Below, one piece after another: positions 36,801 to 53,400 of a stretch of 64,000 nucleotides of DNA (the stretch's first letter is position 1; every line of letters starts with the position of its first letter). The notes beneath the pieces are model-generated. The model was not told where the DNA came from. It saw only the letters and a list, made by a program, of their open reading frames with translations, and made no database searches. A program made the position numbers and the translations under genes. The DNA is from Macrostomum lignano. Its lineage: Eukaryota. The stretch spans positions 1-64,000 of the forward strand of contig NIVC01000738.1 in assembly GCA_002269645.1 (NCBI GenBank). Direction: 5' to 3'.

Positions 36801-39800
36801 TCCACTTCGCCAAGCCGGCGCTCAGCACGCAGTCGCTGCGCAACGGCCAGTTGCTGGCCACCCTGGCCAAGCCCAGCTCGCTGCTTGTCAGCAAGACCAG
36901 GCGGGGCAGCGTGCTGGTCAACTGCCAGCCGCTGGTGCAGCCGAACCAGGCCTTCAACCGGTACTCTCTGGCGCACTTCACCACCGGCGTGTTGAAGTTT
37001 AACAAGCTCAACCTGTACCAGCTGATGCTGCGGCAGCTGGAGAACGTCACCACGCCCGACACTGCCAAGCGGCGTGAGTTGATAACTAATTTGGGCGCAT
37101 GCAGGAATTTCCAATCACAATCTTAACCTCTGAACACTTCGTCTTTGCAGTCCTGGCGCCGCTGAAGTCCACGCTGACTGGCAGCAGACCCATGACTGTG
37201 TTCATGCACCTGCCAGCGACGGACGAGATTGACAACGGCTGCTACGCCAGTAAGTTGCGCTTCTATGCAAGATGGCTAACGCTTCTTGCTGGGTGCTGTA
37301 AAACAGATTTTTTAATTCCCGCGAATTTCGACCTGCTGCATGTTTCAAGAACTGCTTTTCGCCATAGTCTTAAGAATCCAGCAACTTCATGTTGGATGCT
37401 GCATGTTTCAAGAAGTGCTTTTAGCCATAGTCTTAAGAATCAAGCAACTTCATGTTGGATGCTGCATGTAGGGCAAAGAAGAGTACAAAAGGATCTTTGC
37501 TACCCTGATTGGCGAAAAATGTAGAAACATCGAGCGTTTCGTGTTTCTTCATAGCAATATTATTTATAAAATACTTGTACTGAAAACTGTAAGCAAAACC
37601 CACTGTAGCTGTGCTCATCTGCAGATGAGCTCAGTCAATGATGCGGTTTTGAGTCAGGCCTTAAGCACAAACAGCCGCATTTGCAGGGAACCTGCGAGCC
37701 GCCATCGTCCGCGGAGTGGAGTGCAACGCCAGCATGGCTTCGGTCAGCGCCCTGCGGACAATCGAGGGCAAGCTGGTGCGGGTGCAGCTCCAGCGGAGCT
37801 CCGATGGCAGCGCCAGCCTCCTGATCGATGGAAATCGTTTGGTTGAAGACGCCGACCAGCTGGCGTCCAACGGAGTGCTGCATCTGGCGCGGACCACCGA
37901 GTCCCTGACTGGCTTTGGTGAGTACGTGTTCACCAGTTAGGAAGCCGTAGCTTGACTGACAGTTGTACCGGCTGCAGGACAGTTCATGCATTCATTGATT
38001 TTACAAGAATTCAGAAAGCATATGTACGGATATGCACACATAGTTTCATTTTGAGTATGCATGCACGAGGTAAACGGGTACAAATGGGATGGATAGGCTG
38101 TTGATGACTAAACGATAGAAATTCGAGACGAAAACTGACCATGGCTACGATTACTTACTACGCTGGTGCAACCAACTGAAAGGAGTCGGACGAACTGCCT
38201 TGCACTCCAGACAAAATGACAAAACGAGCCAGGTGACGAAAGTCTTCGAACGAATTTTCTGAATACCCGTTGGGCTTGCTTGGTCTCTGACTACTCGAGA
38301 CCTTGTTAATGACTATACCTCGACCTTTAACCCTGGCTGAGATGCCACCACGATTCCCGATCGCCCGCAGCCAACGAGGCCACGAGAAGGCTGAAGGCCG
38401 CCGCAGAGTTCCGGCCGCTGTTCGCCCGGCCGAACCGAACCGAGGCCGACTTGGTGCTGCTGCTGCCGCCGATCAACGGCAGCTACTCCTACGAGAACAC
38501 CTCGGCCAGGTGGGCCAACGCCACTGAACTGGCGAGCTTTGGCCGACGGCATCTGCTAACCAACGCCACCTGCCTGCGAGGTGCGAGCAGCCGCCTCACC
38601 ATGCTGGACGGCGCGCGGCGGGACTTCGTCCAGATGCTTCAGCGCACCGGAGCGTCTATTTTTTCGCCTGGGCGCCTCGTAAGGCGTCGGTTTGTTGACT
38701 GCGTGCAGGTGACCCGGATCGCCAAGGACTGCGGAGGCACCGCCTACTTTCTCTTGAGAGGGGTGAGCTGAACTTCATGCCCTTCTGTCACGCTTGTCAA
38801 TATTGCTTTTCAGTTTATAGAACTCACAGAAGACAGAATTCTTTGATTAAAACCGCAGTGATTTCCCAAATTAGAACAGTTCGGAGTCAGCATACTTCAG
38901 CCTCGAAGGAGAGATGCAGCAACTCAGCACTGAAGTCTTATTTTTCTTTGAAATTGGTTACAGTGCAGTTGGTTACAGTGCAGTTGGTTACAGTGCAGTT
39001 GGTTACAGTGCAGTTGGTTACAGTGCAGTTGGTTACAGTGCAGTTGGTTACAGTGCAGTTGGTTACAGTGCAGTTGGTTACAGTGCAGTTGGTTACAGTG
39101 CAGTTGGTTACAGTGCAGTTGGTTACAGTGCAGTTGGTTTCAGTGTTACACCATCCCGAAAAAATGCAGGAGTTGCCAAATTTCAACTCGTCGTCTACAG
39201 CGATGGACTATCTGGACGCCAGGGACTCCTACAGCATGACCAAGACCATCCTGAGCTTCGGCCTTCGCAACAACATCAGCGGTCTGGATGCCACCTTCCG
39301 CCGTCAGGACGCGTCCATCCTGCTGGTGAGGGACACCGACATGGTGAAGCTGAGCGGCCGGCTGCTGCTGCGCAGGAGGCGGCCAACTCGGGAGCAAATG
39401 ACCGAGCTGGCGCAGTGGTTCACGCGGTACTTTGTGGCTGGTGAGTTGCCTTGCCTGGTCGCTTGAGTTCTGCATGGTCTCTTGGCATCACTCTCTGCAT
39501 GGTGTCTTGGTGTCACTCTCTGCATGGTGTCTTGGTGTCACTCTCTGCATGGTGTCTTGGTGTCACTCTCTGCATGGTGTCTTGGTGTCACTCTCTGCAT
39601 GGTGTCTTGGTGTCACTCTCTGCATGGTGTCTTGGTGTCACTCTCTGCATGGTGTCTTGGTGTCACTCTCTGCATGGTGTCTTGGTGTCACTCTCTGCAT
39701 GGTGTCTTGGTGTCACTCTCTGCATGGCCTCTCATGGTGCTCATGAGCTCTTGAGCTGGCAGCTTCAAACTCCGACCCGAACGGCCTTTCAGCCCGATCT

Positions 39801-39992
39801 GTGTGCTCGGCAAAGCAGCTGGTCCCCAGCCTTCGGGTGCCCGTGTTTCGCGTCGACCTACGACCGTGCAGGTCCGTCGTGTGCGCCATGCGCCGACGGA
39901 TGTACCGAAGGACGAAGCTGGTGCAGCTGCAGCCAGGCAGTCACGTGACCATCAGGGAGGGCTTTCTGCTGCCGGGCAGAGTGGCGCGCTAG
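33872..39992 (+). CDS. Secreted EMI + multi-FAS1 (periostin/TGFBI/fasciclin-like) protein with N-terminal acidic GGYGYED repeats. Exons 33872-34799 (or a later donor), 35160-35324, 35723-35882, 35984-36078, 36173-36360, 36761-37073, 37151-37249, 37687-37917, 38371-38762, 39134-39440 (or an earlier acceptor), 39793-39992
   Basis: Signal peptide; EMI-like NVC...YTCCSGFTRLAGDRGCP; FAS1 motifs LTVFVP, LRNGQLLATL, ASNGVLHL. All phases are consistent. Confidence 0.83.
34120..34712 (+). repeat. Coding 21-bp repeat: EDDGFGF units then ~19 GYEDGGY units
   Basis: In frame after the signal peptide, with synonymous variation between units. Confidence 0.92.
34787..35056. repeat. 18-bp repeat x15, each carrying CAG|GTGAG
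   Basis: Unit GGATCTGACTCAGGTGAG; GT at 34800+18n up to 35052. Confidence 0.95.
35487..35667. repeat. 45-bp intronic repeat x4 shaped like AG-exon-GT
   Basis: AAATTCTCAG|GTGACGCACTTCAATGGTGGAAGCATGA|GTAAGTA. Confidence 0.95.
36415..36597. repeat. 37-bp intronic repeat x5
   Basis: Unit GGGAGCAGTCGGTAGCCAGTCCTAGAGGATCATGGGA. Confidence 0.95.
38954..39143. repeat. 15-bp repeat x~12 containing TACAG and TGCAG acceptors
   Basis: Unit TTGGTTACAGTGCAG. Confidence 0.95.
39466..39727. repeat. 25-bp intronic minisatellite
   Basis: Unit CTCTCTGCATGGTGTCTTGGTGTCA. Confidence 0.95.
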
Positions 39993-40658
39993 AGGGATTC
40001 AAGGACGCCTCACTGACATCCTATGAGTACATCTGTGTGAAAACCCGTTGTGCTGGTGGAATCAATCCAACTGTTCGCTCAAATTCAACCGCTGCTTTTA
40101 GCGGCTTGGTTTCAACAAAAACTGTTTGCTTGCAGTACTCAGCTTTTTAATGAACTCTGATTCCTTCCATCATGCACAATTATAATTTATTAGCTTAGAA
40201 AAATAAACTTTTGCCAACAAAACTTTCAAAGATGATCCGCGTGACTCATTGTACATTTCTAGCATTCAGGACCACAGGGTCTGACGCAGAGAGGATTAAT
40301 GAGCATTCTGGGTGTATTCATGGTCAACACAGCAAATCAAATGACAAGCAAAGAAGCACTACAAGTGATTTTGCTGCTAAAAAACTCAAATTGAAAACCG
40401 CTTTAAGTTGGGCATCATCGACATTGTCAGCTGCGACATTGACATTGTAGTTAAACGTATCGGCGGTCCTTAGAAACAGGACCCATTGATCTGTAGACTG
40501 CGACTGTCTCCACCAGCGCATCTCCGTGAAACTCGACTGCATGGCAGGAACTTTTTTTCAACATCTTCTGCTGAAGTTTCGTCACCTTCTAACATGCGCT
40601 CTGTCTGAGAGCAGTGGACTTTTAGTGAGACGTGTCACCTGATCTACAACCCGCCGGC

Positions 40659-41475
40659 TGGATTGATAATCTACCGAATGGATTGCTAGTCTACCGACTG
40701 GATTGCTAATCTATTGACTCGATTGCTAATCTAGTGACTGAATTGCTAATCTACCGACTGGATTGCTAATCTACCGACTGGATTGCTAATCTACCGACTG
40801 GATTGCTAATCTACCGACTGGATTGCTAATCTACCGACTGGATTGCTAATCTAGTGACTGGATTGCTAATCTACCGACTGGATTGCTAATCTACCGACTG
40901 GATTGCTAATCTACCGACTGGATTGCTAATCTACCGACTGGATTGCTAATCTACCGACTGGATTGCTAATCTACCGACTAGATTGCTAATCTACCGACTG
41001 GATTGCTGATGTATTGACTGGATTGCTAATCTACTGACTGGATTGCTAATCTACCGACTGGATTGCTAATGTATTGACTGGATTGCTAATCTACCGACTG
41101 GATTGCTAATCTACCGACTGGATTGCTAATCTACCGACTGGATTGCTAATCTACCGACTAGATTGCTAATCTACCGACTGGATTGCTGATGTATTGACTG
41201 GATTGCTAATCTACTGACTGGATTGCTAATCTACCGACTGGATTGCTAATCCAGTGACTGGATTGCTAATCCAGTGACTGGATTGCTAAACTACCGACTG
41301 GATTGCTAACCTACTGACTAGATTGCTAATCTGGATTGCTAATCTACCAAATGGATTGCTAATCTACTGACTGGATTGCTAATCTACTGACTGAATTGCT
41401 AATCTGGATTGCTAATCTACCAAATGGATTGCTAATCTACTGACTAGATTGCTAATCTGGATTGCTAATCTACCA
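40659..41475. repeat. 20-bp minisatellite, array 1
   Basis: Unit GATTGCTAATCTACCGACTG. Confidence 0.96.
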
Positions 41476-41616
41476 ATTGTCTGTCTTTTCTACTGTGCAC
41501 TTCAATTTCAAGGATTTGCGTGTGCATTTAGGATGATGGAGACAGTCCCAGTTTTAGAGATCAAATCGTCCGTCTCTTCAAAAAACATTCTCACTGTCGG
41601 CCCCTGACTGTTGCTC

Positions 41617-41913
41617 TCAAGCAGCTGGCTTGGCATCGAGTGAGAGCGCGGGCTTGCCGACCACGGTCAGTACGGGGCCTCGCAGCTGCACCGGTCTGGG
41701 AGGTGCCGCTTCGCTCAGCCCTGATGAGCTCGGAGCCCGCGGCTTTCCATTGTTGAGCAGCCGGGCGCCAGCAGCTGACTCGGCCTCCACTTTGCTGCCG
41801 AGCGGCCGGGGTCTGTAGGCCGCCTGCAGCTGCCTCAGCTTGGCCAGGTGCTGCACCTGTAGGACCCGGTGCCTCTCCATCAGCTGCTCCATGTGCTTGG
41901 CTTGGGCCTCCAT
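41617..41913 (-). CDS. Possible small protein or terminal exon (98 aa, N-terminal coiled coil), unknown
   Basis: GC-rich, host-like codon use; GGCATGG Kozak context, also preceded by a CTGCAG acceptor; X-box ~370 bp upstream. Confidence 0.4.
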   Translation of the reverse strand: MEAQAKHMEQLMERHRVLQVQHLAKLRQLQAAYRPRPLGSKVEAESAAGARLLNNGKPRAPSSSGLSEAAPPRPVQLRGPVLTVVGKPALSLDAKPAA

Positions 41914-42279
41914 GCCTGCAGCAGGTGTCGCGGTGCAAATATCAGGCAGCTCTCCCTGAGTAGCTTGATATACTCCATGCAGCTCAAATGTTTGACTTAT
42001 CCCAACTGCAGGACGGGCTCAGGCTGTGTACTCAAAGATAAGCTGAGAAGATAGGCTGCCTTTTCTCCATGGGACAGCAGGTTGGGAAGCAGGGAGCTGT
42101 GCTCAAAGCCAGGGGCAGAGACACAAGAAAATGTCAAGCGTTGTTGAGCAGAACAAGGCTGAGCCTGTGCGCTGTGCAAAGTGAAATGAAGAAAATTCTT
42201 TTGTGACTTTGGGATTTTTAGCAATTCTTTGTCTCTTTGTCTTCCTGTTGTCTGCTCGCTCCCCCCGGTGCTCAGTTGT

Positions 42280-42293
42280 GTTGCCACGGCAAC
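42280..42293. promoter_or_regulatory. RFX X-box
   Basis: GTTGCCACGGCAAC fits GTNRCC(N0-3)RGYAAC; a second partial site GTTCCTAGCAAT is at 42297. Confidence 0.6.
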
Positions 42294-42835
42294 AGAGTTC
42301 CTAGCAATCACGGCTGTAACTCTGGGCTTAAAAATACTAAGTCTCAAGTAGGTCCCCGACTCGAATCTCGGCTGTGCAATCATATTTTCGATACTAAAAA
42401 AATGTCAGGTGTAGATCAGGCGTTATGGGAAATTTTCCGATAATTTTATGGCATCAAATAAAAGCATAAAAACAGTCAGAATCAGACAGGAAAATCAGAA
42501 AATTTTTAAAAGTTTACAGAAGTATCAAGGACACAGTGTGGCTATATATTTTCATTTACTTTCGATACATATCGGCTATTAAAATGTGCACAGTGCTTCT
42601 AGCAAAACTGCTACTTAGTAAAATAATATTAATGATGAAAAGAACAAAAAACGTGCAAATTCTGTGATAATTCAGAGCGCAGTAGAGCCACTAATTATGA
42701 AATTACGGAAACAATAAACTAAAGTCTCACATTCAGACACGGATAACAGATTCGGGCACAACTTGCCCAGCATACTACTTCCACGTAGAATGTTTCGAGA
42801 AAAATCTCATCGCCTGCAAGTCTTATTTCTCTGCT

Positions 42836-47489
<4,654 letters not shown>

Positions 47490-47943
47490 CGGCAGCAGCC
47501 GCAGCGTCAGGCGCAGTGAAGTCAGCATTGCGGAGTGGCGGTCGAGCTGTAGGTGAGGGCCGAGCACTGCCAGCTACTCAAGAGCCAAGGCAAAAAACAG
47601 ACAGACCTGCTCGGCGCGCGACCGAAAGTGCAAGCAAAACGAATGGGGCAGCTACAGATAAAAATGAGTGAGTAGAGAGAGCAGACAGCGCAGCGCCTCT
47701 TATTGTAACCAGCCAGCCTTGGCGCAGAGCAGAGGTGAGGAGGCGGGGGCGCCAGTAGGCGGCAGGCAGACGGAACAATAAAAGCATAGAAGCAGAATTC
47801 GCTAAGAGAGATGCGGAGAGATGCGGAGCGGCTTAAAAGCCCGCTGGCATTGCAAGAGGGGACAGCCAAGCAGCTGCTGCAGGGGGTTGGATGGGGTTTA
47901 GGGTCTGAACTGAACTGAGTTCACGCTCGCAGGACAGCCAGGC

Positions 47944-48137
47944 ACTCCCTGGCCCCCGCTGCCTTCCACTCCAGCTCACTCTGTCAGGGACTCCCTGGCC
48001 CCCGCTGCCTTCCACTCCAGCTCACTCTATCAGGGACTCCCTGGCCCCCGCTGCCTTCCACTCCAGCTCACTCTGTCAGGGACTCCCTGGCCCCCGCTGC
48101 CTTCCACTCCAGCTCACTCTGTCAGGGACTCCCTGGC
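47944..48137. repeat. 46-bp tandem repeat x4
   Basis: Unit ACTCCCTGGCCCCCGCTGCCTTCCACTCCAGCTCACTCTGTCAGGG. Confidence 0.95.
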
Positions 48138-49027
48138 CAACGCAAGAAACTGCAAACCCATAAAAGTTGCCCTTGAACGAGCAGTTCCGCAGAGCCTATC
48201 AATTCATCAGCGCAGTCCATTATCAGGACACCGCTGTCTTCAACATGAGGGACTCAGCAATTCCCCAGCGGCTCAGGGATCGCCTGCAGCAAGGCGGTCT
48301 CAGAATCAATCAATAATTAATGGGCGAAGCGGCCGCAGTGGATCGCCAAATAATGCCCAGAATGCGAGCTATTTGCCATAAAAGTAGAAACTAAAAGAAT
48401 GACGAGACGGAGTTTTGTTTTCTTCACTCAAGTTTCACGAATCACCTGAGCGACTCGGCTTGGTGCAACTCTGTGTTTATTTTGATGAGATGGTCGCTTT
48501 GGCCCGGAATTGAAAACCCAGATTTAAAAATATTTGTTTGGGCTTTATTAAGCTGTGGAATACCATACTACTTAGTGGAGCTGCTGAGCAGTAGTAAGCT
48601 AATTATTGATATAATAACTGTTAAAAAGAAGACACTTTGAATTCAGTAGCGCGTTGGCACCAAACGATTTGAACTTTAAAGAAAAATTAAAGCAATACTA
48701 CGAGCGTAATTGCCTCCTACTTAGTCAAAGTAGCAAGTAGAGCATATTGCGAAAAATATTTAGCAAAAATTAAGTAAATAAGATGATAAATAAGTATGCA
48801 AAAACCCCTGTAACAAAACTGCAAAAGAGACACAAGACAATTAAAAGCTGGTTTTGCGGTCCAAAATGGAGGGTAATGTTGGAAACAATAATTGCGTCAA
48901 CTCCCGTCTCGAAACCGCCAGTAGCTGGGCGGCAAACCCGATTGGCTGGTAAAAATGAACAATAAAATTGGAGAAATGCTGACAGCTGCTCGCAACTGGA
49001 GCTTTAGCCTGCGGCTTTCGCGCCTGG

Positions 49028-49907
49028 AGTTTCAGAGCGATTCTCTGGGGGTATGAGGGTGATTCTCTGGGGGTGTGAGGGCGATTCTCTGAGGGTGTGA
49101 GGGCGATTCTCTGGGGGTGTGAGGGCGATTCTCTGGGGGTGTGAGGGCGATTCTCTGGGGGTGTGAGGGCGATTCTCTGAGGGTGTAAGGGCGATTCTCT
49201 GGGGGTGTGAGGGCGATTCTCTGGGGGTGCGAGGGCGATTCTCTGAGGGTGTGAGGGCGATTCTCTGGGGGTGTGAGGGCGATTCTCTGGGGGTGTGAGG
49301 GCGATTCTCTGGGGGTGTGAGGGCGATTCTCTGGGGGTGTGAGGGCGATTCTCTGGGGGTGTGAGGGCGATTCTCTGAGGGTGTGAGGGCGATTCTCAGA
49401 GGGTGTGAGGGCGATTCTCTGGGGGTGTGAGGGCGATTCTCAGAGGGTGTGAGGGCGATTCTCAGAGGGTGTGAGGGCGATTCTCAGAGGGTGTGAGGGC
49501 GATTCTCAGAGGGTGTGAGGGCGATTCTCTGGGGGTGTGAGGGCGACTCTCTGAGGTGCGAGGGCGACTCTCTGAGGTGTGAGGGCGACTTTGAGGGTGT
49601 GAGGGCGACTCTGAGGGTGCGAGGGCGACTCTGAGGGTGTGAGGGCGACTCTGAGGGTGTGAGGGCGACTCTGAGGGTGCGAGGGCGACTCTGAGGGTGT
49701 GAGGGCGACTCTGAGGGTGTGAGGGCGACTCTGAGGGTGTGAGGGCGACTCTGAGGGTGTGAGGGCGACTTTGAGGGTGTGAGGGCGACTCTGAGGGTGT
49801 GAGGGCGACTCTGAGGGTGTGAGGGCGACTCTGAGGGTGTGAGGGCGACTTTGAGGGTGTGAGGGCGACTCTGAGGGTGTGAGGGCGACTCTGAGGGTGT
49901 GAGGGCA
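49028..49907. repeat. Minisatellite changing from a 22-bp to a 20-bp unit
   Basis: GAGGGCGATTCTCTGGGGGTGT, then GAGGGCGACTCTGAGGGTGT. Confidence 0.96.
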
Positions 49908-50448
49908 ATTCTAATAGAAATCTCAAAGTTTCTGGAGCGATTGCAAAAACCGGCCACTTCAAAGAGAACTTACAAAACACTTACAGTACAGAATTAACAA
50001 GGAAATGTTAGACAAAAAGCTACATAATCATGATTACTAACAGTAGAAGTAGGTCGGTAGCACAGTGGAATATTGAAACAAAAAACAAGATAATAAAATA
50101 GCTAAAATAAGAAGCTGCTAAACAAGAGCTGGAAAAGCCAACAAGGGTATTGCTTAAAATGTATGAACAAGAGCAATGAATGCATGGACAGGAACTATTC
50201 ATAAGCAGAACAGCTATCAATAATGTTCGTATCGAATCAATAACAAACAGAGCTACTTGAAATTTCGAAATTCAACGAAGATTCCGTGTGATAAAGAAAA
50301 CAACCAGAGCAAATAGAAAATTTAATAAACAACGGCAGACAACAAAACCCTTCTACTTCGTCAGTTCAATCAGTTTGGGCACAATCCGTCAATAGCCAGA
50401 CTACTGTAAGTAGCCAGTAGATCGGCAACCTAAATGAACAGCCGCAGC

Positions 50449-53400
50449 TCAACTGGCCCAGCCCTGCTGCAGCAGCAAGCGAGTCTTCAGCGCCGGCCCA
50501 GCCGAGCTGTCCATCAGGCGGCTCTGCGAGTCCGTCAGGCAGGCCAGGCTGAGGCCGCCAGCGCCGCCGCCATCGCCTCCGCCGGGTGTCGCCACCGACG
50601 GCGGGAGATCCGGCAGCTGGCGGCGCGGCGGTGGCGGCAGCGGCCGCTGAGGAGCAGTCAGACCGGAAGCGGCACCAGAAGCGGCACCGGAAACGGAGCT
50701 GGAAGCGGCACCGGAAGCGGCGCCGGATCGGGAAGGCAGAGCGGGCGTGTCGTAGCAGGGCGCGGTGGCCAGGATGAGCTGCTTGATCCAGGCGCCCAGG
50801 CGGGTCTTGTCGGTCACGTCCAGCAGCAGCCAGTCGCGGTCGTCGGCCTCCGAGTAGAGCCGCAGGGCGCTGCGCCGCTTCCGGTCGTCCCTCAGCGGGC
50901 CGATGCGCAGCTGGGCGAGCGGCAGGCGGAACTCGCAGCTGCCATCCGGCTCGGCCAGCTGCACGCAGGAGCTCGGCAGCAGCTGGGCGAAGCGGCGGCA
51001 CCAGTGTCCGACAGCCGGCTGCTGGCCGGAGGCGGCCGTGACGGATGGCAGCGCGACCGGCAGGAGCTTCGCGAACACCAGGCCGGACACGAGCGCGTCT
51101 GGAGAGGCCAACGGCGGGCCCTGGGAGGCCGATGACTTGTCACCGGAACCGCCGCCGCTGCCGGCGCCGAAGGAGCCGCGGAAGCGACGAATCAGGCCCT
51201 CGCCTGGGGACTTGGAGGACTTGGCCGGCTCGCCTGGAATGGTTCGTTGCCGGACAGCGGCTTGTTGCTAGGCAGCGATTTGCTACTATAAGCTAAAAGT
51301 ACAGCAATTCACTAACGCAGTTTGCGCTGCCCTCGGCTATATTTAAACTAAAAGATTATCTACTTCCGCAAAAGTCCTATTTGGCATGTTGAATACATCT
51401 ATTCTCCTAAGAGATTGGCCTCTAGTCTCACAGGCTTATCTGTAGTATCACAGGCTAATCTCTAGTCTCACATGGTGATCTCTAGTCTCAGAAGCTTATC
51501 TTTAGTCTCACAGGCTAATTTCTAGTCTCACATGCTGATCTCTAGTCTCACAGCCTCTAATCTCACAGGTTGATCTCTAGTCTTACAGGCTCTAATCTCA
51601 CAGGTTGATCTCTAGTCTTACAGGCTAATCTTTAGTCTTACAGGCTAATCTCAAAAGCGGATCTCTAGCCACATGCTGATATCTAGTCTCACACTGATCG
51701 CTGGCTTTACAGACTAGCCTATCCTCCAAAACTGCTAGATGGTTTCACGCAGAAACGCAAAAATAGACTCAGAGCTCACCAGCAGCACCAGACGCGGCGG
51801 AGGCGGCAGCGTGATGCACCGGGCTGGTCTCCGGCGAGAAGGAAAACGACGAGGACAGCGAAGGCGGCAGGGAGCCGCGCCGGTGGTGCTCGATGCCCGC
51901 AGCCGGCGACTGCGACTCGGGGCCGCCGTTCGCGGCAACCCCGCCGCCGCCCCCGCCACCACCGCTGTAGGAATCGTTGGAGTTTGAAGTGCTGGACGAT
52001 GAACTGCAGCGAAATGCGGCCCAGGCGGGCGAGAATGACGCGGCGGTCGCGGCCGCGCTGACGGAGTTGGTCGGCGGGTGTCCGCCGCAGCCGCCGGCGC
52101 CGCACGCGGCATTCAGGGCGGCAATCCAGACGCGAGCCTCCGCTTCGGAATCGGCGGCCAGAGCGTGCATTGGCAGGCTGGCGTGGGCCAGCTTGATCAC
52201 GTGACAGATGCCGGACTCGCGGTCCGAGTAGATGGCGGAGTAGCCGGCCAGCTGCAGGGTTTGGATTGGCCGCTGCTGATGGCGGCAGCACAAGAGGCGG
52301 CTGCCCTGCAGAGTGCAGTGGCCGAAGCGGACCCAGCGGCCCGAGTCTGACTGGCGCAGCTGCAGCGGCCCGCTCACGGCGGCTGCCGACGCCGACGCCG
52401 CCGAAGCCGCAGACGGCGCCGCCCAGGACTCGGCAAAGGCGGCCGAGGCTGGCCAGCCGGCTACGGACTGGCGGCGACGCGAGTTGACGGCGAGCTTCGA
52501 GGGCAGGCTGGGAACAGGGAGATAGGGATTTTAGAAATGGGATTGAGGTAGACTGAAAGCCAACGAATTTCGAGATCCCCCAGCCCTAGATATTCAGTGC
52601 TGTGGCGAGCCAATTGAACTTTATGAACTCTAGCGGTAGTACGAGTCTTTATGTCTGGTATCGATGGTACGAATTGAATCGAATTTATGCAGCTGGATGA
52701 TCGGAGCGATGCATCCGGGAGGTCCTGCTCAGAATTGAAGTACCTACTTTAGGTTTCCAGTGGATATACTCGTAGTTGGATTAAATGTGGATTTTTGTGA
52801 CAATTTAATGCTCATTAACTTTCAGGGAAAGAATGGCTCAGAATTTCCTAACTTGTGTGTTTTTGTCAATCTCAGAAAGCAGTCAGAAGATGCCAGATTC
52901 TATCAAATATCCAATGGTACCATTTTTATCGGGTTAGTGATTTCAGCGTGGCATAGGAAATAAACCGGCATTGGTGTTCGAAACCTCAATATATTCCACC
53001 AAGCAAGGACTATATCTGTATAAACAGTCCAGGACATAATCTGGTACACTATAATAGCAGAGTAAGTGCTGGGCAGCTTAAACACAAAAAGAGCAACCGC
53101 GACAGAGAACCGCGGATGACTCACTTATCCCTGCCCCTCCCCTGTCCCCTCTCACAGCCCACAGCAACGCAGAATTGAAGTCCCCTGACTTGAGCTGCTT
53201 TCTTTGCTCTGCAGCGCCTGACCAGTCAGCCAAGTCAAGGCGATCCTACCTGCCTGCTCTGGTTACTGCTATGCGGATTGGAAGGAAGTGGGAGCATTGA
53301 AATGTCAGAAATAAATTCTTAACAAAATCTTTCACTGGTGTAAAGGAAAACATTGTTTAATATCCCAACGGTATCAGCAACTAAAATACCGTTTTTACAA

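Noticed and set aside
40324-40542. 72-aa minus ORF with a hydrophobic tail
   Set aside because: No consistent splice partner or recognisable motif.
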